DNA of 64,000 bases, taken from positions 84,134,001-84,198,000 of the forward strand of contig NC_082708.1 of the NCBI RefSeq assembly GCF_030144855.1. Direction: 5' to 3'. Origin of the DNA: Hypanus sabinus (taxonomy: Eukaryota). Of the stretch, positions 38,880 through 51,754 are shown piece after piece. The position numbers and the translations under genes were made by a program. The number at the start of each line of letters is the position of its first letter. Positions within the stretch are counted from its first letter, which is position 1. The notes below the pieces were generated by a model. The model saw only the letters and a program-made list of their open reading frames with translations. It made no database searches and was not told the DNA's origin.

Positions 38880-40630
38880 AGTAAACGTTGTAGTGCACAT
38901 GGAACAGCGAGTTTCTCTACCCCTTTCCTGTAAGGTCACTTCTCAGCTTCTGGACATGAAGGGGAATGAACATCAGTTTCTATTAGCACCAGAATTACCT
39001 ATTAATTTATTTGTCTGGGACCTTCTTTGTAAGTTGGGATAATATTAGTATGGTCCCTAAGAAGACTTATCCAATTGTTTGTTCTTTATTGGAAGACTCT
39101 TCGAAAATGACCAGAGGTCTGATAGTGGAATTTCACTGATTAATTCTTTGATTGCTAATACATTAATACTGAGCTTAAGTTACCACTCAATGCACTTTAG
39201 TAAACTATTTAAGAACTTTTTAAAAGCTATTTATTAATGCTTTTTGGGAGGGTGATTTTAGATGAATATCATATTTATACTGAGTTAAATACTGTATGTA
39301 ATTAGTTTTGCTACAATAAGTGTATGGGACATTGGAAAAATGTTGAATTTCCCCTTGGGGATGAATAAAGTATCTATCTATCTATCTATCTATCATTAAG
39401 CAACTGTTGGAACTTTCAAAGGCCCATACAATACTAGAGGAATATCTACACATGACATCAGAGTGGAGCACACCTGTCTACTGTGTGACACGTTATTCCA
39501 CAGAGGGTGCAGACCAACTATACGAGAAAATAGCGATACAATTGCTCCAAGATGGTAACAGCAATCTATCGCTTGCTCACTCAAGTATCAGAAACACTGC
39601 TAGCAAAATGAAGAAATGATGCACTCCCATGCAAGCCTCAGTATCCCTTGAACCCAGAGGCAGAGAAAGGCATTAAGCCTGAATTAGAAGTAGTCCTATA
39701 AAAGAGAATTGTCATTGCAACAGTAAGGCCATGTGATAAGCTTATATTGCCAGTGCAGAAGCCAGGAAATGACCCCTGATTTTTTATCCAAGATCTGGGG
39801 GCTGTTAACAAATCTGTAACCAACCTATCCCAGAGTTCTAAACTCAGCTACGATCTTCAGTGTATTCCCACAAACACGAAATATTATACCTTTGTTAATT
39901 TATGTGGGGCAGTTTTTCAATCCCAATTCATCCAGATTCCAATATTTGTTCACTTTTACCTACCAAGGCAAACAATAGCACACAACAACCTCCCTACTTT
40001 CTGACAGAAGGTTGAGAGTCATTGTCAGTTTTCCTAAACCAGTCATCAAGAAGGACTTGCCCACTTCCAGAGTATGAAGGGGCGTTGCTGAGTGGATTCA
40101 GAACCTCATTTCACCATCAGCTCCAGAACAATTGAAGTAGTTGACTGAAGCCTACATGTCTTTTACAGCTCTCAAGATAGCTCTCATGTCTGTACCAACC
40201 CTTGGACTCCCAGATTATGGTAAGCCTTTCCATCTGTTTGTACACAAAATGAGAGGTTTTTCTCAAGTGATACTTATTCAATGACATGGACATGCCTATT
40301 GCCTACTAGCTTATTACAGTACTCACCCGAACCCTACAGTCAAAGTTATCTTGATTGCCTGAAAGCTGCAGCCGACTATGTAATAAATTTATCTCACAAT
40401 CTGCTCTTGGGTTCTTAATTGTGCTACATGTGCCTCATGTTGTCTCCACTTATCTTAATTATTCAACTACCTGGTATTTAAGAACCACCTGAGTGACTCG
40501 TTACAAGACTGCTTTGCTGTCTGACCACTCTATTACTATCGCCTGGTGTGCAATTTTGAACCTGGCCACAGTCTTGCTGACTGAAGTTGACGAGGAAACC
40601 CACAATTGTGAAGCAGTGATGAAAATTACC
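38880..40630 (+). pseudogene. pol: Endogenous retrovirus remnant 1 (protease, RT, connection domain)
   Basis: HQFLLAPELPINLFVWDLLCKLG (protease, ~38970); QYPLNPEAEKGIKP, ILPVQKPG, IQDLGAVN, FTFTYQGKQ (RT); PTLGLPDYGKPFHLFVH (~40195). Interrupted by a LINE tail ending (TATC)n at ~39170-39394. Confidence 0.85.
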
Positions 40631-41519
40631 ACCCTCTCTATTAGTGGAAATAAATCTGAAACCTCAGAGTCTTTATGAATTTGTAACTTTTTAAAATGTG
40701 ATGTGACAAAATGGAACCTGTGAGATCCCAGAGTGCTTTGATGGTTTGGATGGAGGCTTATAGAAACCTCTGTGTGTGTGCTCTATCATGGTATGTTTTG
40801 TGATGGGGGTGTTTGTTTATGGCAGGAATGTTTTGAGAACAGAGGAAAACAGGACTGTTCTCTGTAAAACATATAAAAGTGGTCTGTAAGATAATGTGTG
40901 AATGCAGTTTCCCTTGTAAGTAAAATAACTCATTTCATAGCGTGTTGCACCAGGCAGTCAGCCATTCTTGTCTGGCATGTAGTGTCAGGATTGGTCTCCA
41001 TTCGGATTAACCAGGTCACAGTATGAAAGTTCCTGAATCGACCCTTGTTTTTTACGAGGCCAGGTGGCTAGCTTAACACTCAACCCGGCACGGATGAAAA
41101 GTAACAAAATGTGTCCATAATTTGATCCGCTCTGAATTTTTTGTTGTTTGTTACTGTATATTAGAAGACCGAGCTGAGGAACACTTAACAGAATCTGGAG
41201 ATTCCACAGAGATTCACATGTCTAGATGTGACAGCGACACAGGGAATTCTGAAGACAGAACTGCCAAGGGGAATTTCCTTGTGAGTAGTGGTTGCCAAAG
41301 AAAAAGTAAGTTTCTTGTTTCTGTGGATTTTCATCCCTGGCAGTAAGAATTCAGTTTTGTCTTGATTTCACCCAATACACTGTGGTCAGAGTTGGGGGAT
41401 GGGGGGGAGAGAGGGGGAGGGAGGGAGAGAGAGAGAGAGAGGGAAAGTGAGAGTGATTTGATGCAATCAGAGTTTTGTAATGTAAATTGCAAATGGAAGA
41501 AGGTAAGGAGTTTCCGAGG

Positions 41520-43800
41520 GCGCTACTAGATCATCTCTTGGTGACCTTCCCAAGCAAGAAATCTTGTGAGCAGGATTCCCTCTAACTTTTATATAAACTC
41601 GGTGAAAAGGTTCAGAGAGTATCAAAACAGAAACTATAGTTCATATAACCAGAACAAACTTATCTGGGACACACCCTATCCCAGGATACAATGACTTGGA
41701 TTGAAGCAATAGTTAAAGTCCCACAGCTAACAACACTGAGGGGAAAGGAAGCATTTCCTGGGGCTGAGTGGGTATTGTGGGCAGTGGATTTTTGATCATG
41801 CAGTTATTGTTAGGCCCTTCCTGAATACATCTCTTCCCGGTCAACCATATCTGTTATGCTGGACCCTGGAAGCTGAGAAGGCATTTGAATGTAATAAAGA
41901 ACCACAGATAACCCCCAACTTTGGGTCATCCAGACTATAGTAAGGAATTTCACCTTTTCGTTCACCTCAAATGGTTTTGTTCAGATCGTTTTGACTTTGG
42001 ACCACAGGGAAAGACAAAGACTGGTTGTTTATTTCTGTTCTCAGTTAGACCCTGGGTTGCCTTCCAGTAGTGGCAGTCTCTTGCCTTACTGTTCACACAC
42101 ACTGTTCTGACTCTTAATCATTTTACTCATGGCCATGTCCCACATTCAGTGGAAATGATAGTGACTCACTGTATCACATAACACCTTACCCCTGATAGAC
42201 AAACTAAGTACAAAATTGAGTCTTTAGTAAACCTGAACGTTGGAATTAACTCACTTTGCAACTTTTAATCCAGACACACTTAATCGCATAGAGGAAGATG
42301 GCAATCCATACTGCCAAGAAACTGTTACACAAGAATTAATAAAAGCCCGTGTGGATTTACTGATGCTCCAACCGCTTAAGTGTCTTTGTTGATGGTTCAG
42401 CTTCACGTAATGATATGGGAAAACCCTGAGCAGGACTTGCAATTGTTTCCCTCACTCATGTTGTGGAGGAAGCGGCACTCCCCATGCGGAATTCAGCACA
42501 ACAAATGAGCTCTTTGTGCTTATTAGATTTTATATACTTGCTAAAGGCCAGCCAGCCAATATTTATACTGACTCACACTAGGCCTTTGAAGTAGCGCGTG
42601 GTTACAAATAGATTGGGGAATTATGGTTATTTTTCACATTGGGGCAGCAATTAGGCCCACTCTTGTGCCAGAAACACAGTCCCCGAAGCAGCTGGCCTGG
42701 ATGATAGCTCCCACTTTGGAGGATGTTCGAATATACTAGTCCGCTGCTCCATGGACCTAAAGGGTGAAGTGGAAAGACTGGGTTGTAAGCCACACGGTGG
42801 TATGTGGCTTCACCCTAATGGACGCACTGTGGCCCCAGGTAAACTGGTACTGTGGATTGCCCGACGTGTTCACAAGTCCACACATGCAGGCAAGAGGAGA
42901 ATGATTAATTAAATACACCAAACTTGGTATGACCCTGGAGTATCTCAAGTTGCAGAACAAATCTGTAGACAATGCATGATCTGTGTCCTACAGAACCTGG
43001 GAAAATTAGTGCAAGTAACTGGGGTTCATACGCTGCTGTGATTTGGTCCTTTTGTATGATTACAGATGGACATTATTGAATTGTCTAAATGTAAAGGGTA
43101 TAAATATGTGTTATCATTTCCTTGTAGAAAGAATGATGCAGCTACAGTAGCAAAATGTTTGTTGAAGGAAGTACTCCTACAATTTGGGATCCACTAGAAA
43201 ATATCTGGCAACTACGGTACCCGATTCACTGGTAGAGTAACTGAAAAAGTATGCACAACCTTACAGGTGGATCATCATTTCCATTGTAGCTACCATCTTC
43301 AGCCAGCAGGCCTAGTGGAAAGGATGAACGGAACAATTTAAGAGAAAACCTAGCAAAATGTGTGAGGAAACTGGATGAAAGTGGAAACAGACTCTTCTTT
43401 TGGTTCTAATGAATATTAAAGCCACTGCTAATAGAACCATTGGTTTGTCCTTACATGAAATCATAATGGGATGGCCCCTGCATGTTCCATCAGATGCGCC
43501 AATGGGAGTTAAGCAGATGGGCGTACATAACCTGGGTGAGAGTATTCTGAACTATTGTAGTGCCCTAAAAACAAAAGCACAACCAAATATCATCAGCAGG
43601 TAAAGGAAGCCCAGCAACGAGCAGTAGACACTAAGTGCCACAACATCGAGCCCGGAGATTATGTGGTGGTGCGGACATTTAACAGAAAATATTGTTTGGA
43701 ACTCAATTTGAAGGACCATTTCAGGTATTGCTGGTTACTAATACAGCCATCAAGGTAAGAGAAAAGCCTTCGTGGGTTCACACCTCTCACTGTAAGTAGG
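41520..43800 (+). pseudogene. pol: Endogenous retrovirus remnant 2, pol (RT C-half, RNase H, integrase)
   Basis: YLGHTLS, FLGLSGYCGQWI, PTLGHPDYSKEFHLFVH, FVDGSAS, NIYTDS, LQMDIIEL, AGLVERMNGT, GPFQVLL..TAIKV, WVHTSHCK; many stops and frameshifts. Confidence 0.9.
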
Positions 43801-43809
43801 TGCCTAAAT

Positions 43810-46200
43810 GATGTGAAAGAAATAAAACCACTGGGAGTCTCAATGACAGTGCTTGCATTAGCCCTTGACTTTTCGCAGACAGATGTAACTGCCACAAACA
43901 GTTTCTTATGAATGACTTATGAACATGCAAACAGCACCAATGTCACAAGCTGCAGAATTTGTATGGCTGTCCAGGCACATGCATTTTCCTTTCACCCGTA
44001 CCCTTTAATGATGAGTCTAAGAAACATAAAGCCCCTTCCACCCTTTATCAGAATAGCCAGAATATCATTGAGGAAAGATGGGAATATAAATTTGGAAACA
44101 ATAAATGTTTTAGAGGATGGTATATACCTCTGTAAGATAATACTAACCCCAGAGTAAAATCCCTTAGTGTTGTCGTTGCTGATGGTAACACTTGCCAATG
44201 GAACTGGTAAAGCAGCATGGGAAGTGATTAACATGACATCTGCATTGGAAAAGTTAGCAAATGAAACTGCATATAGTTTTGATCAAACCCAAGAAGCAGT
44301 ATAGTGCCTATAAAATGTATTCACCCCCTTTTGGAAGTTTTTCTGTTTTACTGTTTTACAACATTGAATCATAGTGGATTTAATTTGGCTTTTTTGACAT
44401 TGATGAACTGAAAAAGACTCTTTTGTGTCAAAGTCAAAATAGATCTCTACAAATTGATTTAAATTAATTAAAAATATAAAACACATAATAATTGATAACA
44501 TAAGTATTCACCCCCTTTAATACGACTCCCATTAATACAACACATCAAATCATTACAACCAGCCAATTAGATACACAAGTCACATAATTAGTTAAATGGA
44601 GATCTGTTTTTGTAGACCTGTATACAGTCAAGGTGTTTCAATTTTCTGGACTAACTATACACCTGTATCTGGAAGGTCCAACTGCTGATGAATCAGTATC
44701 CTGACAAAAACTACACCAGGAAGACAAAAGAACAGTCCAAGCAATTCTTCGAAAAGGTTACTGAAAAGCACAAGTCAGGAGATGAATACAAGAAAATTTC
44801 AAAGTCACTGAATATCCCTTGGAATACAGTTAAGTCAGTCATTAAGAAATGGAGAGAATATGGCACAGCTGTAAATCTGCCTGGAGCAGGCTGTCCTCAA
44901 AAATGGAGTGTCCGTGCATGAAGGTAACCAATGAGGGAGGCCACCAGGAGACCTATGACAACTCTGGAGGAGTTACAAGCTTCAGTGGCTGAGATGGGAG
45001 AGACTGGACATACAGCAACTGTTGCCCAGATGCTTCACTAGTCACAGCTTTATGGGAGAATGGCAAAGAGAAAGCCACTGTTGAAAAAAACTGACAGGAA
45101 ATCTCAGCCAGAGTTTACCAGAAGATATTCTGGAGACTCTGAAGTTAGCTAGAAGAAGGTTCAATGATCTGATGAAACCAAATTTGGGCTTTTTGCCATC
45201 AGACTAAACACTACGTTAGGGTTAAGTCAAACACTGTACATTATCAAAAACACACCATCCCTACCATGAAGCATGGTGGTGGCTGCATCATGCTGACGGG
45301 ATGCTTCACTGCAGCAGGCCCTGGAAAGCTTGTGAAGGCAGAGGGTAACATGAATGCAGCAAGATACAGGGAAATCCTGGAGGAAATTCTGCAAGACAAC
45401 AGTGAATTGAGAGATTTGTTTTCCAGCAAGACAATGATCCTAAGCATAAAGCCAAAGCTACACAGGAATGGCTTAAAAACAACAAAGTTTATATCCTGGA
45501 ATGGGCAACTGAGAATTTGTGGCTGGACTTGAAAGGGCTGTTCACTCATAATCCTTGTGCAATCTGACAGATCTTGAGCAATTTTGTAAAGAACGATGGG
45601 GGAAAATTGCAGTATCCAGATGTGCAAAGCTGATAGAGACCTTTCCACACAAACTCAAGGCTGTAATTGCTGCCAAAGGTGCATCTACAATACTTGATTG
45701 GGGTGAATACTTATGCAATCAATTATATTATGTTTTATATTTGTAATTAATTTAGATAATTCCATAGAGACCTATTTTCACGTTGACACGAAAGAGTCTT
45801 TTTCTGCTGATCAGTAACAAGATATATACAGGCACTGTATCTAAATTATTGGCAGAATTCGTGGAAGTTGGTACGGTAGCATTGTAAAACCAAATGGTTT
45901 TGGACTTTGTTTTATCCAAGAAAGGAGGTGTACATGCCCTGACTGGACAAGAATGTCGTATTTACAAACCCAATGAATCCAAAGACATAACTTGATTTGC
46001 GCATCATATTTGAGAGGCCACCAGAAAGATTAAGGAAGTGGGTGATCGATTTCACAATTATAACACTCCAGGAAGAGGATGTTGGGTGCCTATCCTACAT
46101 CACAGTATAATAATTAGATTAATAATGATAATAATAGCTGTTATAATTTTACAATTTTTGTGCAGTATAGTAGAGTCAAGAAGTAATTGAAAATCAACAT
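43810..46200 (+). pseudogene. env: ERV2 envelope remnant (class I), split by Tc1
   Basis: NVTSCRIC (SU CxxC), heptad INMTSALEKLANET, ISD-like VAL*NQMVLDFVLSKKGGVHALTGQECRIY (decayed CX6CC), hydrophobic TM anchor at ~46100-46170. Confidence 0.85.
44302..45837 (+). mobile_element. Tc1-family DNA transposon (IR/DR type), decayed
   Basis: TA TSD at 44300-44301 and 45838-45839; ends tagtgcc / ggcactg; DR gtattcaccccc at 44318 and 44504, inverted at ~45700; transposase motifs [37 protein letters not shown]. Confidence 0.92.
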
Positions 46201-46380
46201 CTGTTGATACAGACTAGAAAAAAAGAGGATATTGTTCAACTAAAGTTCTGAAACTCAATCATTATTTGAAATCACTTTGAATATTATTCTTATACCTTTA
46301 ACAATTGTGTTTTGATGATAATGGTGGTGTCATGAAATGACAAAAAGTAGGTAATGTGGAAATATATTAGTAACCCTGAA

Positions 46381-49060
46381 GAGTGTCATACTGACCAGCA
46401 GGGAGATTGGGTACAGTGTACAACTATAGAGTGTCATACTGACCAGCAGGGAGATTGGGTACAGTGTACAACTGCAGAGTGTCATACTGACCAGCAGGGA
46501 GATTGGGTACAGTGTACAACTGCAGAGTGTCATACTGACCAGCAGGGAGATTGGATACAGTGTACAACTGCAGAGTGTCATACTGACCAGCAGGGAGATT
46601 GGATACAGTGTACAACTGCAGAGTGTCATACTGACCAGCAGGGAGATTGGATACAGTGTACAACTGCAGAGTGTCATACTGACCAGCAGGGAGATTGGGT
46701 ACAGTGTACAACTATAGAGTGTCATACTGACCAGCAGGGAGATTGGGTACAGTGTACAACTATAGAGTGTCATACTGACCAGCAGGGAGATTGGGTACAG
46801 TGTACAACTATAGAGTGTCATACTGACCAGCAGGGAGATTGGGTACAGTGTACAACTATAGAGTGTCATACTGACCAGCAGGGAGATTGGGTACAGTGTA
46901 CAACTGCAGAGTGTCATACTGACCAGCAGGGAGATTGGGTACAGTGTACAACTATAGAGTGTCATACTGACCAGCAGGGAGATTGGGTACAGTGTACAAC
47001 TATAGAGTGTCATACTGACCAACAGGGAGATTGGGTACAGTGTACAACTGCAGAGTGTCATATTGACCAACAGGGAGATTGGGTACAGTGTACAACTATA
47101 GAGTGTCATACTGACCAGCAGGGAGATTGGGTACAGTGTACAACTGCAGAGTGAAATACTGACCAGCAGGGAGATTGGGTACAGTGTACAACTATAGAGT
47201 GTCATACTGACCAGCAGGGAGATTGGGTACAGTGTACAACTGCAGAGTGTCATATTGACCAACAGGGAGATTGGGTACAGTGTACAACTATAGAGTGTCA
47301 TACTGACCAGCAGGGAGATTGGGTACAGTGTACAACTGCAGAGTGTCATACTGACCAGCAGGGAGATTGGGTACAGTGTACAACTGCAGAGTGTCATACT
47401 GACCAGCAGGGAGATTGGGTACAGTGTACAACTGCAGAGTGTCATACTGACCAGCAGGGAGATTGGGTACAGTGTACAACTGCAGAGTGTCATATTGACC
47501 AACAGGGAGATTGGGTACAGTGTACAACTATAGAGTGTCATACTGACCAGCAGGGAGATTGGGTACAGTGTACAACTATAGAGTGTCATACTGACCAGCA
47601 GGGAGATTGGGTACAGTGTACAACTGCAGAGTGTCATATTGACCAACAGGGAGATTGGGTACAGTGTACAACTATAGAGTGTCATACTGACCAGCAGGGA
47701 GATTGGGTACAGTGTACAACTATAGAGTGTCATACTGACCAGCAGGGAGATTGGGTACAGTGTACAACTGCAGAGTGTCATACTGACCAGCAGGGAGATT
47801 GGGTACAGTGTACAACTGCAGAGTGAAATACTGACCAGCAGGGAGATTGGGTACAGTGTACAACTGCAGAGTGAAATACTGACCAGCAGGGAGATTGGGT
47901 ACAGTGTACAACTGCAGAGTGAAATACTGACCAGCAGGGAGATTGGGTACAGTGTACAACTATAGAGTGTCATACTGACCAGCAGGGAGATTGGGTACAG
48001 TGTACAACTGCAGAGTGAAATACTGACCAGCAGGGAGATTGGGTACAGTGTACAACTATAGAGTGTCATACTGACCAGCAGGGAGATTGGGTACAGTGTA
48101 CAACTGCAGAGTGTCATATTGACCAACAGGGAGATTGGGTACAGTGTACAACTATAGAGTGTCATACTGACCAGCAGGGAGATTGGGTACAGTGTACAAC
48201 TGCAGAGTGTCATACTGACCAGCAGGGAGATTGGGTACAGTGTACAACTGCAGAGTGTCATACTGACCAGCAGGGAGATTGGGTACAGTGTACAACTGCA
48301 GAGTGTCATACTGACCAGCAGGGAGATTGGGTACAGTGTACAACTGCAGAGTGTCATACTGACCAGCAGGGAGATTGGGTACAGTGTACAACTGCAGAGT
48401 GTCATATTGACCAACAGGGAGATTGGGTACAGTGTACAACTATAGAGTGTCATACTGACCAGCAGGGAGATTGGGTACAGTGTACAACTGCAGAGTGTCA
48501 TATTGACCAACAGGGAGATTGGGTACAGTGTACAACTATAGAGTGTCATACTGACCAGCAGGGAGATTGGGTACAGTGTACAACTATAGAGTGTCATATT
48601 GACCAACAGGGAGATTGGGTACAGTGTACAACTGCAGAGTGTCATACTGATCAGCAGGGAGATTGGGTACAGTGTACAACTGCAGAGTGTCATACTGACC
48701 AGCAGGGAGATTGGGTACAGTGTACAACTGCAGAGTGAAATACTGACCAGCAGGGAGATTGGGTACAGTGTACAACTATAGAGTGTCATATTGACCAACA
48801 GGGAGATTGGGTACAGTGTACAACTATAGAGTGTCATACTGACCAGCAGGGAGATTGGGTACAGTGTACAACTGCAGAGTGTCATACTGACCAGCAGGGA
48901 GATTGGGTACAGTGTACAACTGCAGAGTGAAATACTGACCAGCAGGGAGATTGGGTACAGTGTATAACTATAGAGTGTCATTCTGACCAGCAGGGAGATT
49001 GGGTACAGTGTATAACTATAGAGTGTCATACCAACCAGCAGGGAAATTGGGTACAGTGTA
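46381..49060. repeat. 48-bp tandem minisatellite, 55 full units plus 1 partial
   Basis: Consensus gagtgtcatactgaccagcagggagattgggtacagtgtacaact(gc/at)a; exact 48-bp phase throughout with no indels. Confidence 0.98.
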
Positions 49061-49216
49061 AGGGCCTACTGACAAAAGAACTGCTTGAAGCTTCACTGGG
49101 AACGTCCATTCCAAGTGTTGCTGACTGCATATACCACTTTAAAGGTCTAAGGAAAGCCAACATATCTTACACGTCCAGCCAGTGATGCCTACTGACCAGA
49201 GAACAAGTGGCTAAAA

Positions 49217-49296
49217 CAGGGTTTCTCATCCTGGGGTCCATGGTCCTCTTGCTTAATGGTATTGGTCCATGGCATAAAAAAGGTTGTTAACCCCTG
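49217..49296. mobile_element. hAT-type MITE (80 bp)
   Basis: caggg...ccctg termini; TSD ggctaaaa / ggctagaa; related to 19375-19450. Confidence 0.75.
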
Positions 49297-49324
49297 GGCT
49301 AGAAGAACCTTGATGATTAGGACT

Positions 49325-50054
49325 CTTCAATAAGATGGCGAGAAGTTGGATGCAATAGCTTCATGGGGTCAGCCAAAGATGTTATTGTCTTTTTTACAAT
49401 TGCAAGACCCTGCTTGAATTTAAGAACTTAATGTACTGCAGGTCTACTCCATCACCAAGATGCTCATTGGAAGAGAAACTGAAGGAGCTGCACTTGGTTC
49501 CTGTGACAGAGGCATTGGTGTGCAAAGGAATTGTGCAGCCAGTAATCGTCTTAGTCTTTTTTCTGGTGATCACAATAGCCTGTTGGACATTGGTGGTGTG
49601 GAATGCTGCAAGTCCACTTCTTTATTTATTAGTGAAATCCGTGGGAGCTCCGTGGTCTCAATCATTGTGAAGACTGGGCCTCAAGCTGTGACATCAATTG
49701 TTTGCAGCCGCCCAGATGGGGGCGTTGGAGTCAGGCTTCCCACTGGAGTGCTGAAGGTGTATGGAGCAGCGTCCATGCTGGAATCAGTGCTGCCCCCAGT
49801 GTTCACTTAGCAGAAGACAATCTTTATTGTGTTTGACTGCACACTACTGCAACATTCAATAACTCAGAGACCTAAACGACGTTTTTTTTGTGTGACAGTA
49901 TTTTACTGATATCTTACATATACTATATGTGTCTTGTGCTGTGTATGATTGTAGTATATTGCACCTTGACCCTGGAGTAATACTGTTTCATTTGGCTGTA
50001 TGCATGGGTGTTCATGTATGATTGAATGAGAATTGAACTTGAATTTGAGCTTGA
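49325..50054 (+). mobile_element. Non-autonomous LINE-derived insertion (Rex/Babar-like ends)
   Basis: 5' aagatggcg motif and degenerate (ttgaac)n tail; no ORF recognised. Confidence 0.4.
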
Positions 50055-50648
50055 AGCACAGAAGGACTGAACTCTTGATTGTTGCTATTTTCCACCTTAA
50101 GTATCCAGTATGCAGTATACATTTTGGGAACTGTGAACATACATTTTCTGTCTAAATGCAGATGTATCCCATGACAGTAATAACCCTAACACTTTTGCTT
50201 GCCTTACTTATGAATAGGCATTGTGTACTAACCAATGAGGTTCTTGGGTGTGCTCTAGAGATCCATTCAGAAGGTGACTTGCCAGTGCAGCCTATCCCCT
50301 TCAATCATACTGAGTATGTTTTACTTTGATAGCAGTATTAAAACTGTAAAGAGACCAGAGGAATGATTCTCGCCAATGCAACTGTTCTGAGGGTTGCTAT
50401 CAACCTGTTTAAAATGGAGAGTGTATCTCTCCCCCCTCCCCCCCCCCATGCTGAAGTTGCTTCGTCTGGGGATTGGGGTGAAATATATTACTGTAACCTG
50501 CAGGGATGGGACTAGACTTAACCAACAGCAACACCTATACCACAGGTTACCCTCCAAATCCTGTTAATGGAACTTCCTGAGTGTGTGGCAATTGATCTTG
50601 TGAGTAAGGAGTTCAAACAAACAATTTACAATATCCTTAACTGATAAG

Positions 50649-50747
50649 CCAATTCTGTATAAAAATATAGCAGTTTTCTATACAGACTTCAGAACAGTGT
50701 GGATGACAGTGGCCCATGCTGTTCTCCTTGTACACAAGTAAAATAAA
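50649..50747 (+). promoter_or_regulatory. LTR core promoter and poly(A) signal
   Basis: CCAAT, TATAAAA and AATAAA in U3-R order. Confidence 0.55.
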
Positions 50748-51319
50748 GTATGCTTGAGACATGTGATCTGAGCCCAGTTATTTTAGTTAATTTTATTATC
50801 AGTGACTGTTACTTTGACACAGAGATTTGTGAAATAAGGAGAAATAGAATGAGACTAATGAGATTCTTCTGCTGTAAACCTACATGGAGCCAATGGATCA
50901 AATGGATTCCTTTGCTGTTGTATGTAGAATTGGGTATGTTCCACGTGAAAAGTATAAAGACAGGACTATCACTTTGGTTAGTAGGAATAACTCTCTGTAA
51001 TTGACATTACACCATTTTTCTAAGAACACATGGAAGCTTTATTCTATGTTCAGCCTCTTATTAGAGTTAAAATACAGATCACCCAGAAGAAAAGTGAATG
51101 CAGAACAGACCTGGGTGTGGAAAATGGCTCCTGTTTTGCTGTTCTTATTGTAACAGTGCATGTGTTATCTGGTTGGAAATTCCATAGCATGGATAAGCAG
51201 ATTGAAAAGGATTCAAATTCATCAAATCACCTTGCTTTAAACTGAAGGGCAAAGCACATCTTCACAAAGTAAAGCAGTGTTTACATTAATAGCCACAGAA
51301 TGTCTATGCAGCAATTGAT

Positions 51320-51475
51320 TTATTTATTTAGTGATACAGTGCAGGATAGGCCATGCTGCTCCAGCAACCCCACAACCCAAATTAATCCTAACTTTATCAC
51401 CAGAATTGAATTCCAAACTTGAAATGCCCTGAGCTTTAATAGCGTGGTGCTAACCTCTATGCTACTGTGATGCCC
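51320..51475 (-). mobile_element. SINE-like repeat, internally deleted copy of the 385-670 family
   Basis: Shared blocks with 385-670. Confidence 0.45.
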
Positions 51476-51754
51476 ATGCAGGTGAATTTCTTCACCAATG
51501 TATGTTAAGCTTACCTCAGTGTTCTCCAGTAGAGATTTTATTGTATTGATTATAATTTTTGAATAAACTCAATGTTATGTAATTGTAATATCATTGAATG
51601 GTGGCTGAGTATTAGGAATTTTATTAACACAAAAGTACAAAGCTAAAATAATTTAAGGCTCTAGAACTTATGCTGTTCACTGAGACAGGCAGGATGGGCT
51701 TCAGTTGTGCAACCTTGACTCCTTTTGTAGTACTGGAATAATTATTTGGAATAT

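Larger units (their letters stand above)
46233..50801 (+). mobile_element. Putative 3' LTR of ERV2, enlarged by a tandem array and two insertions
   Basis: Polypurine tract agaaaaaaagagga (~46216-46229) right after env, then TG at 46233; CCAAT 50649, TATAAAA 50658, AATAAA 50742, terminal CA at 50801. No matching 5' LTR in the window. Confidence 0.65.

Noticed and set aside
40640-41500. 5' LTR matching 46233-50801
   Set aside because: Only a few bases of similarity (tctgaaac); no 48-mer and no matching TATA/poly(A) region.
46410-46421. Glucocorticoid/androgen response element (GGTACA half-site)
   Set aside because: The GTACA/TGTAC palindrome has a 1-bp spacer rather than the required 3 bp.
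46330-49029. 899-aa ORF annotated as a CDS
   Set aside because: It lies almost entirely within a 48-bp (16-codon) tandem repeat, has no non-repetitive domain and no expression evidence.
46381-49060. CRISPR array
   Set aside because: Units are contiguous and near-identical with no unique spacers; there are no cas genes and the context is eukaryotic.
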